The notes under the pieces: generated by a model
The model's database searches: none
What the model saw: only the letters and a program-made list of their open reading frames with translations
Told to the model about the DNA's origin: nothing
Assembly: GCA_002725475.1 (NCBI GenBank)
Contig: PBPH01000045.1
Span: 1-42,950 of the forward strand
Direction of reading: 5' to 3'
DNA length: 42,950 bases
Source of the DNA: Methanobacteriota archaeon
GTDB taxonomy: Archaea; Thermoplasmatota; Poseidoniia; Poseidoniales; Thalassarchaeaceae
Shown: piece by piece, positions 8,601 to 18,739 of the stretch
How the letters are laid out: each line of letters begins with the position of its first letter
Numbering within the stretch: position 1 is the first letter of the stretch
Program-made: the position numbers and the translations under genes

Positions 8601-8864
8601 TCAACCGACAAGCCATCCGAAGAATTTTGGTAGTTCAGTATCCATTAACCAGAGCATTACAAATCCGATGAAGCCTAGCACGAACATACCAATTCCACAT
8701 ACCCATACAGTTTGCTTGAATTCAGCCTTAGATGGTTTGCGAGCCATTCTCAAGATACGTGCCCAAGAACCCCTTCCAAAACTTCGAACCCAAGACTCAA
8801 ATTGGTCTTGTCTAGCTTGAACCCTTTCCTCAAAGGACTTGCTGGTTGACTCTGGACTGGACAT
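8601..8864 (-). CDS. secE: Protein translocase subunit SecE/Sec61-gamma
   Basis: RILRMARKPSKAEF followed by one TM; ftsZ-secE-spt5 order. Confidence 0.93.
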   Translation of the reverse strand: MSSPESTSKSFEERVQARQDQFESWVRSFGRGSWARILRMARKPSKAEFKQTVWVCGIGMFVLGFIGFVMLWLMDTELPKFFGWLVG

Positions 8865-8867
8865 GGC

Positions 8868-8886
8868 TGAACCCCTATAGGGTTCA
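8868..8886. repeat. Inverted repeat TGAACCCCTATAGGGTTCA in the secE leader
   Basis: 7-bp arms read directly; 3 nt from the secE ATG. Confidence 0.75.
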
Positions 8887-8924
8887 TGCCGACATAGGGG
8901 TCCTCTTTAACATCAGCGCTCAAT

Positions 8925-10061
8925 TCAATTGATGAATTCTAGACTCCGATTACGCATAGTTTGCATTTGTTGGTGAGCTGTTGCACCAAATATTTGCTGG
9001 CTTTTAACACCAGTCAAAACTAGCAGAACTCGTAACTCATTGCCCATATTTTCGTCTACAGTAGCGCCCCAAATGATTCTAGCGTAAGGATTGATGCGCT
9101 CACGAATTTCCTGGGCGCAACGCTCTGCTTCCCCAAGGGTTAGGGATGGTCCGCCAACGACATTGACCAAAGCTCCGCGAGCATCAGACACATCGATATC
9201 GAGTAATGGGGATGTTAGTGCCTCTATGGTTGCATCAATAGCCCTTTCAGCTCCAGTAGCTTCTCCAAGACCAATCATAGCCATCCCTCCACCATTTAGC
9301 ATCACACTTCGCAAATCTTCGAAGTCGAGATTAACCAGACCTTCTTTTGTAATCATTTCTGTAACGCCAGCAATCGAACGCATTAGTAATTCATCTGCTA
9401 CTCTGAATGCCGCTTCTATTGGCAAATCTCTAACTCCATCTACTTCAAGCAATTTTTCATTTGGCAATACCACTACTGTGTCACAAACTTCCCTTAATCT
9501 TTCAAGACCCCATTCAGCATTTTGCCTACGTAGAGTACCTTCGGAAGCGAATGGGTAAGTAACCACGGCTATAGTAAGGGCTCCAGATGCTTTTGCTAAA
9601 CGAGCCATAACATGTGCAGAGCCTGTTCCTGTTCCACCGCCAAGTCCGGTAGTAACAAACGCCAAATCACAGTCACTCACTATATTTGTTAGAGTTCTTT
9701 CAGATTCATAAGCAGCCTTCTCTCCTTTCTCAGGGTCTCCACCTGCACCCCGGCCACGTGCAGTTCTACCAATGAGTATCTTCTTTTCAATCCTTGAGCG
9801 AAGTAGATGCTGCGCATCCGTATTCACTGCATAACCAGAGATGTGATCACCTTCCAGCAATCCTTCATCCGATAGGCGTTGAACGGTATTGGAACCACAA
9901 CCGCCACATCCGAATACTCTAATTCTTGGTGCAAGACTAGCCAGCAATTCGACCAATTCTTCGTCTCCAGGAACGGTTTCTATACCATCAACAGGTTCCT
10001 GTTCTTCGGATGAAACTTCAGTTTCTTGCAGTTCTAACACACGGTCAATCAAATGGCGCAT
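8925..10061 (-). CDS. ftsZ: Cell division protein FtsZ (FtsZ1-type context)
   Basis: GCGGCGSN, NTDAQHL, GAGGDP, GLGGGTGTG, T7 loop NLDFED. Confidence 0.97.
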   Translation of the reverse strand: MRHLIDRVLELQETEVSSEEQEPVDGIETVPGDEELVELLASLAPRIRVFGCGGCGSNTVQRLSDEGLLEGDHISGYAVNTDAQHLLRSRIEKKILIGRTARGRGAGGDPEKGEKAAYESERTLTNIVSDCDLAFVTTGLGGGTGTGSAHVMARLAKASGALTIAVVTYPFASEGTLRRQNAEWGLERLREVCDTVVVLPNEKLLEVDGVRDLPIEAAFRVADELLMRSIAGVTEMITKEGLVNLDFEDLRSVMLNGGGMAMIGLGEATGAERAIDATIEALTSPLLDIDVSDARGALVNVVGGPSLTLGEAERCAQEIRERINPYARIIWGATVDENMGNELRVLLVLTGVKSQQIFGATAHQQMQTMRNRSLEFIN

Positions 10062-10215
10062 GACGTCAGCCTCACTGAAGTACGCTTAACCTTGACGCTG
10101 ACAAAGTGGTCTTGCAAGCATGTTATTAGACATCTTTACAATAACCGAAATCGATAATTACCCTCATTTTCAAGGGGATTTGTACCGAAGTTCAAAGTGG
10201 TAGCGGTGGTCAGCA

Positions 10216-13200
10216 GTGTTGATGAAGAATCGGGCGGTGTCATTGGTCTTGCTTTTACTCACCTCGACTTTTCTCTCGTTAATTCCATTGGATAGAGAAT
10301 TGAGCGAGTTAGAATTAATTGCGGAAACTGGTGCTAGTCAATGGAATTCTAATGATGAGCCAACCATTCAGAATGGTTGGTTTCCAGAGGTTTGGCAACC
10401 AGCAACAAAAGGCGCAGTATGGGATATAGATTTTAGTCCAGATGGAACAAAACTTGCTGCAGTTGAAATTTCCGACAACCGTCTATTTGTTTGGAATGTA
10501 AGTGACGGGCGAGTTCTACTTTGGATTCATCATTCCGACGCATTAGTTAATGTTGCTTGGCTATCCAATGATTGGGTATTGGTGGGCGATAATGGCATCA
10601 ATTGGTATTCGTATCAAGTTGTTGATGATGGCTCTTCAAAACCGAAAAACTCCACACAGATGAATTCGGGTCAATGGACGGATTCTTTGACAGGAACTTA
10701 TGATGGATGGCTCTGGGGCCTAGATGCTTCAATAATTAATTCAAAAGTTGTTTTCTGTGGTGATATTAATCATTTGAATATGGGCGGTGAAGTAGTAATA
10801 GCGGATATTTCGCACTTCATCGATGGCTCGCCAGCGAATGCACAAAATTTCTTTCCACAATATTGGGTTCCAGACTGCGCACTTTCTACGAATGGAGCTA
10901 CGGTAGCCGCTCTTGGCAGAAACATGACATCAACAGGTGGTAATGTTTCATTTCGAGATGTAGTATATGGCATTGGGTCGAATAACGGTAGTCTTCTTTG
11001 GGAGCGGCATGTAGCGGGCCCTAATTCTACAGCCTGGGCAATTACTTGGGAGCCAGGAGGTGGTAGTTACACAATTGCCTATAATCACCCATCTCCATCC
11101 CAACCCGGTCATTGGGAAGGTGTAGCATCTTCATATGCTGAAAGCGACGGAACTTTGTTTTGGTATTCCCCAATCCCTCAGAATGTTAGTAGTCTTGCGT
11201 GGCTTCCAGATGGTTCTTATCTTACAGTTGGATTATATGATCCTGGTAAAGTTTCCATTATCAATACCGCAGGCCAAGTTCAAACCGACTTTGGTTGGCA
11301 CTCTGTAATTTCAAACAATACTGGACAACCAGAAGATGTCAAAGCAGTAGCGACCGCGACTATATCTTCCTCGACAACCGCCAATCAATTGATTGCTTCA
11401 GCTGGTAAAGATGGTGGAGTGGAAATTTGGAAAGCTGACACCTCTAATTTTGAAATTCTTCCCTACCGTAGATTCGGTCCTAAATTAGTCAGAGAAATTT
11501 CGATATCCCCTAATCAAGACATGATTGCGATTGCTGAGTCATCAGGAACTTTAACAATTCGTTCAGGGACAAATGGTTCAATTCTGTCCCAATGTTTTCA
11601 CCCTGAATTTGGACAAGTAGTTTATTCAATTCCATTTGCAAAATCCGTAGGTTGGCAGCAATTCAACGAAGCATATGTAGGGTTTAGTGATGGCGTGATG
11701 ATGGCATGCAATTTAATGGGTAAATTTGCTTGGTTATTTGATTTAAGACAACATCAGACAGTGGGGGCATTTGGTAGAATTGACATTCATCCTCAATCGC
11801 CATATGCGGCTATATCTTGGTCATCTAACACAACTAACACAAATTTAGACGGACATATTGCAATCATTGACCCCTATTCTGGACAATTTCTCAAGGAATG
11901 GCAGTATGCTGAATCTCATTGGACAGTTTTGTTCAATGCTAACGGAAATTTGCTAGCATCAGCTAGCCAATCAGGGGCAGTTAGGTTTTGGAATACTAGT
12001 GATACTCAACCTCAAAATTGGTTTGACGAAGGATCACCGTATTCTCACAATGGATATGTTGGTGTTACAAGTTGGCTACCCGGTGTTGATATGTTGATAT
12101 CAGCAGGATGGGATAAAGAGATGATAATCTGGGATGTTATGTCTCAAACACAGATGCAATCAACAACTCTGATGCCCGAGCCATTTTCAGTCACCCCACT
12201 AATTGTTGAAGGGGTTATGGCTGTTGGAACTGGCGATGCCTCAACATCTTTACAAGGACAAATCGAATTTTATGATTTACAAAATAATACCCTTTCCAGT
12301 ACTTACGCTATTAATCACATTCCGCGTGGATTAGGTGAATTGTTTTCAGGCGACGCTCTTGCTCTAATGAACCACACGGGAACACTACTAATTTTGAAGA
12401 AAGATGCAGATGGTGATGGCTGGTTGGACTTAGAAGATGATTTCCCGAATGATCCAACACAACACTATGATGGCGATGGCGATGGTTGGGGTGATAATCA
12501 GAATTATCCCAATGGAGATGGTTGTCCTAATACGGTTGGAACGAGTACTCAGGATAGAAACGGATGTCCAGATAGTGATGGTGATGGATACAGTGATCCA
12601 GACTCATCGTGGCTTGCAAGTCCAAATGGTCTAGCAGATGCTTTTCCTAGCAACCCATCACAATGGTGGGACAGTGATGGTGATGGATATGGTGATCAGT
12701 ATTCATTTGAAATCGGAAATGATGGTTTTAGAATAGGAGAAGCCGGTGATGCCTTTCCAAATAATCCCTCTCAATTCCGTGATTTAGATGGTGATGGATG
12801 TGGTGATAACTATACCTATGGTAATGACAATGGTATGAGGATTAACGAAGCGGGCGATGCATTCATCTCAGATGCAACACAGTGCAATGATTTTGATGGT
12901 GATGGATACGGAGATAATTACACATTTGTCATTGGACAAGATGGTCTAAGAATAGAAAATGGAGATGCCTTTCCTACCGACCTTCTTGCATGGTCTGATA
13001 TTGATGGTGATGGTTGCCCAACAAATTCTGCAACAGGATTAACAATTGATTACTACCCAACAGATTCTCAATTTTGCAATGAAGATCTGCCCTTTTCCTT
13101 ACCTGAAAATTTGAATGCAATCATCACGAATTCTGAAAATCTTTGGCATGTACATATGACATGGTTATCTGCAGCAGAAAATACAGATTTGATTAGATTA

Positions 13201-13887
13201 GAAGTAGCTCTCACCGACAACGTATCATTACCAGGGGATTCAGATTATTTTTCAATTCAGGTTTGGACTACGATTACTCAAGTTGATGAAAATATTTCAG
13301 TTGATCCCGTAACAGGAATGAATAAAATTCACGTCCGTCTTACCGCAATTCCTGATGATGGGAGTTCATTGAGCAAAAACTGGTCAGCTATTTGGGTTGA
13401 TGTAAATATTAATGATCCAATTGAGAATACTTCCGAGAACAATAACAATCCAAACATTGACAGTGATGGGGATGGATTGATTGATTCAACAGACAATTGT
13501 CCAAATGACGTAGGGCCAACAGATAATCAGGGCTGTCCAATTATTTACGATGACACGACAAGTAACCAAAACGGTAGTGATGGGAATAAAGATACTGAGG
13601 AAACATCTCCACTTTGGTATATTGCAATTTTAATTGGCATCTGTGCTCTATTAGTTCTAATATTAATGGCAGTTAGGTACAATAGGAGAACTGATGAAAT
13701 TGTAGAAGGAGCATATTCGATGTCTCAATCAAACTCGTTTGCCCCACCATCCGTTCCTCCTTCACCAACGATGCATCCTCCTTGCAAGGCGTGTGGTGGT
13801 TTTGTTCAAGAGGTGATGCACCAGGGCAATCTATGGACATGGTGTCCATCATGCAGTGAATGGCAGGATTTTCTTGGAAAAAAATAA
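10216..13887 (+). CDS. Large surface protein: signal peptide, WD40-like beta-propellers, thrombospondin type-3 Ca-binding repeats, TM, cytoplasmic Pro-rich linker and Zn-ribbon
   Basis: VWDIDFSPDGTKLA, LISAGWDKEMIIWD; many DxDGDGxGD...DAFP repeats; TM WYIAILIGICALLVLILMAV; CKAC...CPSC. Confidence 0.85.
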   Translation: MLMKNRAVSLVLLLLTSTFLSLIPLDRELSELELIAETGASQWNSNDEPTIQNGWFPEVWQPATKGAVWDIDFSPDGTKLAAVEISDNRLFVWNVSDGRVLLWIHHSDALVNVAWLSNDWVLVGDNGINWYSYQVVDDGSSKPKNSTQMNSGQWTDSLTGTYDGWLWGLDASIINSKVVFCGDINHLNMGGEVVIADISHFIDGSPANAQNFFPQYWVPDCALSTNGATVAALGRNMTSTGGNVSFRDVVYGIGSNNGSLLWERHVAGPNSTAWAITWEPGGGSYTIAYNHPSPSQPGHWEGVASSYAESDGTLFWYSPIPQNVSSLAWLPDGSYLTVGLYDPGKVSIINTAGQVQTDFGWHSVISNNTGQPEDVKAVATATISSSTTANQLIASAGKDGGVEIWKADTSNFEILPYRRFGPKLVREISISPNQDMIAIAESSGTLTIRSGTNGSILSQCFHPEFGQVVYSIPFAKSVGWQQFNEAYVGFSDGVMMACNLMGKFAWLFDLRQHQTVGAFGRIDIHPQSPYAAISWSSNTTNTNLDGHIAIIDPYSGQFLKEWQYAESHWTVLFNANGNLLASASQSGAVRFWNTSDTQPQNWFDEGSPYSHNGYVGVTSWLPGVDMLISAGWDKEMIIWDVMSQTQMQSTTLMPEPFSVTPLIVEGVMAVGTGDASTSLQGQIEFYDLQNNTLSSTYAINHIPRGLGELFSGDALALMNHTGTLLILKKDADGDGWLDLEDDFPNDPTQHYDGDGDGWGDNQNYPNGDGCPNTVGTSTQDRNGCPDSDGDGYSDPDSSWLASPNGLADAFPSNPSQWWDSDGDGYGDQYSFEIGNDGFRIGEAGDAFPNNPSQFRDLDGDGCGDNYTYGNDNGMRINEAGDAFISDATQCNDFDGDGYGDNYTFVIGQDGLRIENGDAFPTDLLAWSDIDGDGCPTNSATGLTIDYYPTDSQFCNEDLPFSLPENLNAIITNSENLWHVHMTWLSAAENTDLIRLEVALTDNVSLPGDSDYFSIQVWTTITQVDENISVDPVTGMNKIHVRLTAIPDDGSSLSKNWSAIWVDVNINDPIENTSENNNNPNIDSDGDGLIDSTDNCPNDVGPTDNQGCPIIYDDTTSNQNGSDGNKDTEETSPLWYIAILIGICALLVLILMAVRYNRRTDEIVEGAYSMSQSNSFAPPSVPPSPTMHPPCKACGGFVQEVMHQGNLWTWCPSCSEWQDFLGKK

Positions 13888-13896
13888 CTACAATAA

Positions 13897-14712
13897 TTAG
13901 CGACTTGATTGAGAATATTCATGATAGTCTACAGTAGGTTGTAGTGAATCAATAGCAGATTGAAGACGTGCATTGGCAGCTTGTTCTCCACTCTCTATCG
14001 CGGCTTTTTGGGAATTGAGAGAGGCAAGCCTTCTTGCTAGACTTTCGGCGACATTTTTATTTAATCCAGAAGACGGTTGAACCCATCTTTCAAGAGAAGA
14101 AGCAATTCTCTGATAAGAAGTTGTAAGCCCATTATCTGAAATTAGAACAAACTCATTTTGTTCTCGCGAAAGTGGCCCAATAGATTCAAGAGTTTTGTCA
14201 AGTGATTTGGCTACCTTTGTGGCTTTTTTCAAGTTCCCTTTACATTTTTCATATGCCTCTATTGACAACAGATGTGCCTCAATATGACCCGCATTTGCGG
14301 CCCTCGAGAAACATTTGATAGATTTACGTAATTTATTGAATTGAAGAAATACTCTCCCCATTTGTATTTGATCTTGTAATTTCAAAATAGTTTGCTCTTG
14401 TGTAATTGGTAATCCACTTTTTCCTCTAAATCCATCTAACGACCTAACCTCCTTTTTGAGCTTCTTTGTGGCATTTAGGCACTTTTTCCATTTTTGTCGA
14501 ATTTCAAGAATATTGGCATAGTCTCTCAATGCAAGAACCAATAATTCTTGATTTTCCAGAGTTCTATTTTTACTCGACCATTTTGAAAGTAATAAATTTG
14601 TAAGTTCTTCAGCCATTACTTCAGCAATTTCAAGCCTACCATCTGCTACATAATGGCGTAATTGGTTTAGGACTTTGACAGGATCATCCATGCCAAACAT
14701 ACTATCCCTCAA
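13897..14712 (-). CDS. Hypothetical basic alpha-helical (TPR-like) protein
   Basis: 271-aa ORF; QMGRVFLQFNKLRKSIKCFSRA resembles a TPR helix pair. Confidence 0.6.
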   Translation of the reverse strand: MRDSMFGMDDPVKVLNQLRHYVADGRLEIAEVMAEELTNLLLSKWSSKNRTLENQELLVLALRDYANILEIRQKWKKCLNATKKLKKEVRSLDGFRGKSGLPITQEQTILKLQDQIQMGRVFLQFNKLRKSIKCFSRAANAGHIEAHLLSIEAYEKCKGNLKKATKVAKSLDKTLESIGPLSREQNEFVLISDNGLTTSYQRIASSLERWVQPSSGLNKNVAESLARRLASLNSQKAAIESGEQAANARLQSAIDSLQPTVDYHEYSQSSR

Positions 14713-14774
14713 TTATCCAGACGAGTCATCGTCCATTATCACTCCTATCATTTGATAGGTTTAGTTGAATGAAA

Positions 14775-17700
14775 TCATTTCTTACGCTTGACAACTTTAC
14801 GCTTAACTGATTTGCCACTCTTTGAAGGTCTTCTTCTCTTCTTTTCCTTCTTTGGTTCATCATCATCATCATCATCATCCCAATCGTCATCATCATCATC
14901 ATCATCATCGAAATCATCATCTTCGACAACTTTCTTCTCTTTCTTTGATTTTCGACGCTTCTTCTTTTGATTATCATCAGAACTGAAAGGGTCATCATCG
15001 CTGTCTAATTGTTTGGTTGCTTTCGGTGCTGCTTCAAGCTCAGCCAGCCCAGCATCGGCAGCGGCGGCACTATCTCCGCCCCCTCCTCCCATGAATTCGA
15101 GCATCCAATCATCTTCCTCGTCGTACTCATCATCATCATCCTTTTTCTTCTTTTTAGAGGGGTCCTGAGCTGCTAGAACACCTAACAATATGGCAAACAG
15201 AAGTAATAGAACATTGAAGGCTGCTACTGCAATGATAATGATATATGGTGGGCTAGTCAAATCTGGAGCAGCTTCTGGTTCAACAGTCTCTTCATCAAAT
15301 GGTTTGGTTCCACTTTCACAGAAAGTCATGCCACTGAGATTTTCATAACAGTGATCAACATAGAATGTGCCAACAAAATTTCTTTCATTTCCAGCAGTAT
15401 CTACGGCATGAATTTCGATTCTGTGATTACCTGGTTCAACGAACGTAGCGGAAGGTTCTTTCATATCGAAAATCAATGTGTTGCTTTCTACATCCATCGG
15501 TGTGACATCATTCACTAATTCCCATTCAGAAGGAATTTCATAGAATTCACGAACATCCACGAGTCTGAATTTAACTTCGACTAGGGCAACATCATCAGTC
15601 ACAACCCCATGAATTCTAACATCATCTCCATACAGGTATTTGCTACTTGATGATGGAGCAAAAAGTTCGATAGTTGGTGCAATAGAGTCTATTGACCAAT
15701 TGCTCCAACTCAATGTTTGAGAATTACCAACATCATCGATTAAGGTTGCTTCCACACACAACTCTGTAGTCTCCATTCCACTAGGAATCGGGAAATCCCA
15801 AATAAAGTGAGTATCAGAACTTAGGAAAGGAGTGGCTCTAGTTATTTCATTTTCAGGAGTAAATGTGCTTCCTTGAATATTGTCATAGTCACAAGTATGT
15901 ACATGAAGTAGTGGGAATTCAGCCAGAGGTTCATTACTGAAAATGCTCAAGCGATAGTCTCCACCTTTTAGAGCTCCATTCGCAACCCCATCTTCACCTT
16001 CAAGACCTATCAAAATTTCAGCACTTGCCCCCGTGGTATCTTCGTGTACTAACCATGTGTTTGAATTGTTTAGTAGAGAATCACGAGAATTGCCCCAATC
16101 ATCAGCAATAATCAATGCATACCAAGTGTATCTGTCGAGGTTTGAAGGGAGATAAATCTCCTGGACTACAGTAGTTTCCGCTGGGTGTGGTTCATAGTTA
16201 TGAATCAAAATTTCCCAACCAGCATCGTCAGAAATATTTCCAGTTTCATTGTCGGCGAATGGAACACCAAGATGTCTCCAAAGAGTATATGTTTCACCTT
16301 CCTCTGCTAGTGAATTGATCCAAGAGAGAATTACCTTATTTTGGCCACCATGTAATATTGGTAGAGCAAGTTGAACAGGTGCAGGTGCAAGTGTGTCTTC
16401 ATTGACTGCCAGTAAGATACAGTTTTGTTGGAATCTAGTGTCTTCAAACGTTGCACCAAGGTGGTTGTATCTTGTGACGGATGTAACGCAGTAGTAAGAA
16501 AGGCGATCTTTGTCTGGAGGAACTGGAACGTTGGCATACTGAACTCCGTCTGGTACCGTAGCAACTAGCGTAGCTTCAAGACTCAAGTTTGAAGACTCTG
16601 AAAGTCTAGTCCAAGCGTGCCAAACATGGTAGGATTCACCTTCAGCACCAACTTGATCAGTCCAAGAAACTCTAGTAACACCTCCACCGAGGTATTCTGC
16701 TTGAACGTTAGTTGGTTCAGCAATCCAGGGATCGAAAGCATTCTCCAATATTGGCCCATCTAATACAGAATTGTCGATCATACTATTGTGATTTCCTCGA
16801 GAATCAGCGATAGTAACAGCGTAGTAAGCATATCCAAGTGTTCCCCTCTCTACTTGGTAATCATATGTTTGAATTCCAGAAGGGACAGAAGCGATGTGTT
16901 CAACATATACATTTGAAGTATTGTTGAATTCAGTCCCGGATCTCCAAATATGATAAATGGCATTTGTCTCAAGAGTATTGTCGGTCCAGGTAATAGTTGT
17001 GTTTCCTGTACCACCTATTGGTTCAGCATTGAAAGTAGCATGAACACCGCCCAATAATAATCCAGGAGCCACATTATCTTCCCTTACAGGCCAGTTTGAA
17101 TCCATTGTATTGACTCCTCCTATGAAGCGAGTGTCTTCGTATCCAAGATAGAGATAAGTTACAGAATAGAAAGCATCTTCATCAGTGTTTGGAGGGACAT
17201 CGTAAGTAAAAGTTGAAACTCCTGCAGAAGCAGTTCCAACTAGAGTCTTAGGCAAGAAAGCCCAATTTTCTCTCGAAGCAGGCATTAGGTGTCGGTAAAT
17301 ATTGGATACATACGCGTTATCTCCAGACTCAAGAATACTGCCAGGTGATAGTTGATTAAGATTAATCCAATCAATTTTTGTTTGGCTAAGATCGGGATAA
17401 TATGTAGCATTGACAGAGAACGGGGCAGTAATGTCATGAGTAAATTCAAAAATTGGCATACCAATTTGCGAAACTCCTAGTTCCATATATGCAATCATGG
17501 TCCATGTACCATTCACTATGTCATGGTAATTAGTAGCAATTCCGTACCAAAATGTACCATTTTGAGATGGAGGCAGATTATATTCAAAGGTGTGGAATTG
17601 TCCAGGGCAACCTGATAATGGACCCACACAGGCAGAAACATTTCCAATGTATGGAACTTCACCATTGGCGATTGTCGTAGCGTTCATCTGCGCATCATGC

Positions 17701-17948
17701 CGGTAAATCAGATATCTAGAAGATTGCAACATCTCTGAAATATAGATTAAACCAGTTTGAACATTTTCCCACGTAATTGTAGTCGATTCAGTTTCTGACA
17801 TGAACATGGCGTTAACATTCTGTGCTTGCATATCTTCATCACTCACTCCACCTCCAGCAGCACTAACCGGCTGAACTGTTGATGACAGCAATGAGAATAG
17901 CAAAATTGCAGTAATCAAGTGTGATTTTACCTGTCGATTACAGCGCAC
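14775..17948 (-). CDS. Large surface protein with about five FN3-like repeats, Ig-like domains, TM and a charge-block cytoplasmic tail
   Basis: Signal peptide; repeats of the form NV.A....T.I.W...Y.I[YW]R; TM near aa 905-930; poly-D and poly-K/R blocks. Confidence 0.8.
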   Translation of the reverse strand: MRCNRQVKSHLITAILLFSLLSSTVQPVSAAGGGVSDEDMQAQNVNAMFMSETESTTITWENVQTGLIYISEMLQSSRYLIYRHDAQMNATTIANGEVPYIGNVSACVGPLSGCPGQFHTFEYNLPPSQNGTFWYGIATNYHDIVNGTWTMIAYMELGVSQIGMPIFEFTHDITAPFSVNATYYPDLSQTKIDWINLNQLSPGSILESGDNAYVSNIYRHLMPASRENWAFLPKTLVGTASAGVSTFTYDVPPNTDEDAFYSVTYLYLGYEDTRFIGGVNTMDSNWPVREDNVAPGLLLGGVHATFNAEPIGGTGNTTITWTDNTLETNAIYHIWRSGTEFNNTSNVYVEHIASVPSGIQTYDYQVERGTLGYAYYAVTIADSRGNHNSMIDNSVLDGPILENAFDPWIAEPTNVQAEYLGGGVTRVSWTDQVGAEGESYHVWHAWTRLSESSNLSLEATLVATVPDGVQYANVPVPPDKDRLSYYCVTSVTRYNHLGATFEDTRFQQNCILLAVNEDTLAPAPVQLALPILHGGQNKVILSWINSLAEEGETYTLWRHLGVPFADNETGNISDDAGWEILIHNYEPHPAETTVVQEIYLPSNLDRYTWYALIIADDWGNSRDSLLNNSNTWLVHEDTTGASAEILIGLEGEDGVANGALKGGDYRLSIFSNEPLAEFPLLHVHTCDYDNIQGSTFTPENEITRATPFLSSDTHFIWDFPIPSGMETTELCVEATLIDDVGNSQTLSWSNWSIDSIAPTIELFAPSSSSKYLYGDDVRIHGVVTDDVALVEVKFRLVDVREFYEIPSEWELVNDVTPMDVESNTLIFDMKEPSATFVEPGNHRIEIHAVDTAGNERNFVGTFYVDHCYENLSGMTFCESGTKPFDEETVEPEAAPDLTSPPYIIIIAVAAFNVLLLLFAILLGVLAAQDPSKKKKKDDDDEYDEEDDWMLEFMGGGGGDSAAAADAGLAELEAAPKATKQLDSDDDPFSSDDNQKKKRRKSKKEKKVVEDDDFDDDDDDDDDWDDDDDDDEPKKEKKRRRPSKSGKSVKRKVVKRKK
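14857..14921. repeat. (TCA)n trinucleotide tracts encoding poly-Asp
   Basis: Two interrupted TCA runs within the tail of the 1057-aa protein. Confidence 0.9.
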
Positions 17949-18056
17949 GCTAATCCCCTCCGTACGGGTTGGTGGTAAAGCAGCGGTTATGAGGCTGACG
18001 CAGAATGTTGCTCATATGCGTCAAATAAACATCAAATTATTTTTTTTCGACAATAT

Positions 18057-18072
18057 CGCCCCCTAGGGGGCG
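18057..18072. repeat. Perfect 16-bp palindrome CGCCCCCTAGGGGGCG
   Basis: Read directly; 2 nt past the stop of the CDP-alcohol phosphatidyltransferase gene. Confidence 0.85.
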
Positions 18073-18074
18073 CT

Positions 18075-18731
18075 CTATTCCATAATCAATTGCTTTCTTG
18101 CGGAGATAAAGCGAGTAGAAAAAGTGTAAATTCCTCCTATTAATGCTATGACTAGCACCGTTGACATGCCATTAAACTCACCGCCAAAGAATGGTATTTC
18201 TCCGATTCCTGATGTACCGCTAATAGCTTGCCAACCTGCAATTAATGCTCCAAAGACTGTCATCATCAACCGGTCAGCCCTGCTAAAACCTCGATAATTT
18301 CTACCTAAACCGACAGATTGTGCTTGTGTTCCCATGTATGAACCTAATAATGTAGCAAGTCCAGCCATATATCCGAGGTGTGGCGAATCAACCCAAGATG
18401 TATTGAGTCCAATTGCAACCAAAATCCCAGCATCTACTATTCGGTCAATTGTGTGGTCCAGATAATCACCATACCGAGAGTCCTTGTTGTGCTTTCTAGC
18501 AATTTGTCCATCCAATGCGTCACAAATCGCCGCAAATGCAGTTAATCCAACGGCAGAAAAAAGCAACATTCCACCAGCTTTATCATTCCCTGCAGTAGCA
18601 AATAACCATGCAGCAAATCCAGCAACAGCTAGACTAAACCAGGAAATATGATTTGGATCAAGGAATCCCAGTTTTGCCACCAATGGGTCTAATTTTGCAG
18701 TGGCAATATCTCTCAACTGTTCTAGAGCCAT
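18075..18731 (-). CDS. CDP-alcohol phosphatidyltransferase (archaetidylinositol-phosphate synthase/PgsA-like)
   Basis: PNHIS; DALDGQIAR...GDYLDHTIDRIVD signature; SYM motif. Confidence 0.9.
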   Translation of the reverse strand: MALEQLRDIATAKLDPLVAKLGFLDPNHISWFSLAVAGFAAWLFATAGNDKAGGMLLFSAVGLTAFAAICDALDGQIARKHNKDSRYGDYLDHTIDRIVDAGILVAIGLNTSWVDSPHLGYMAGLATLLGSYMGTQAQSVGLGRNYRGFSRADRLMMTVFGALIAGWQAISGTSGIGEIPFFGGEFNGMSTVLVIALIGGIYTFSTRFISARKQLIME

Positions 18732-18739
18732 TTTTTCAC

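Noticed and set aside
12400-13060. Repeated GATGGTGATGG units resembling a DNA repeat array or CRISPR
   Set aside because: Degenerate at third positions and in frame; these are TSP3 protein repeats
14726-14998. Poly-Met and poly-Ser ORFs
   Set aside because: Alternate-frame readings of the poly-Asp (GAT)n tract
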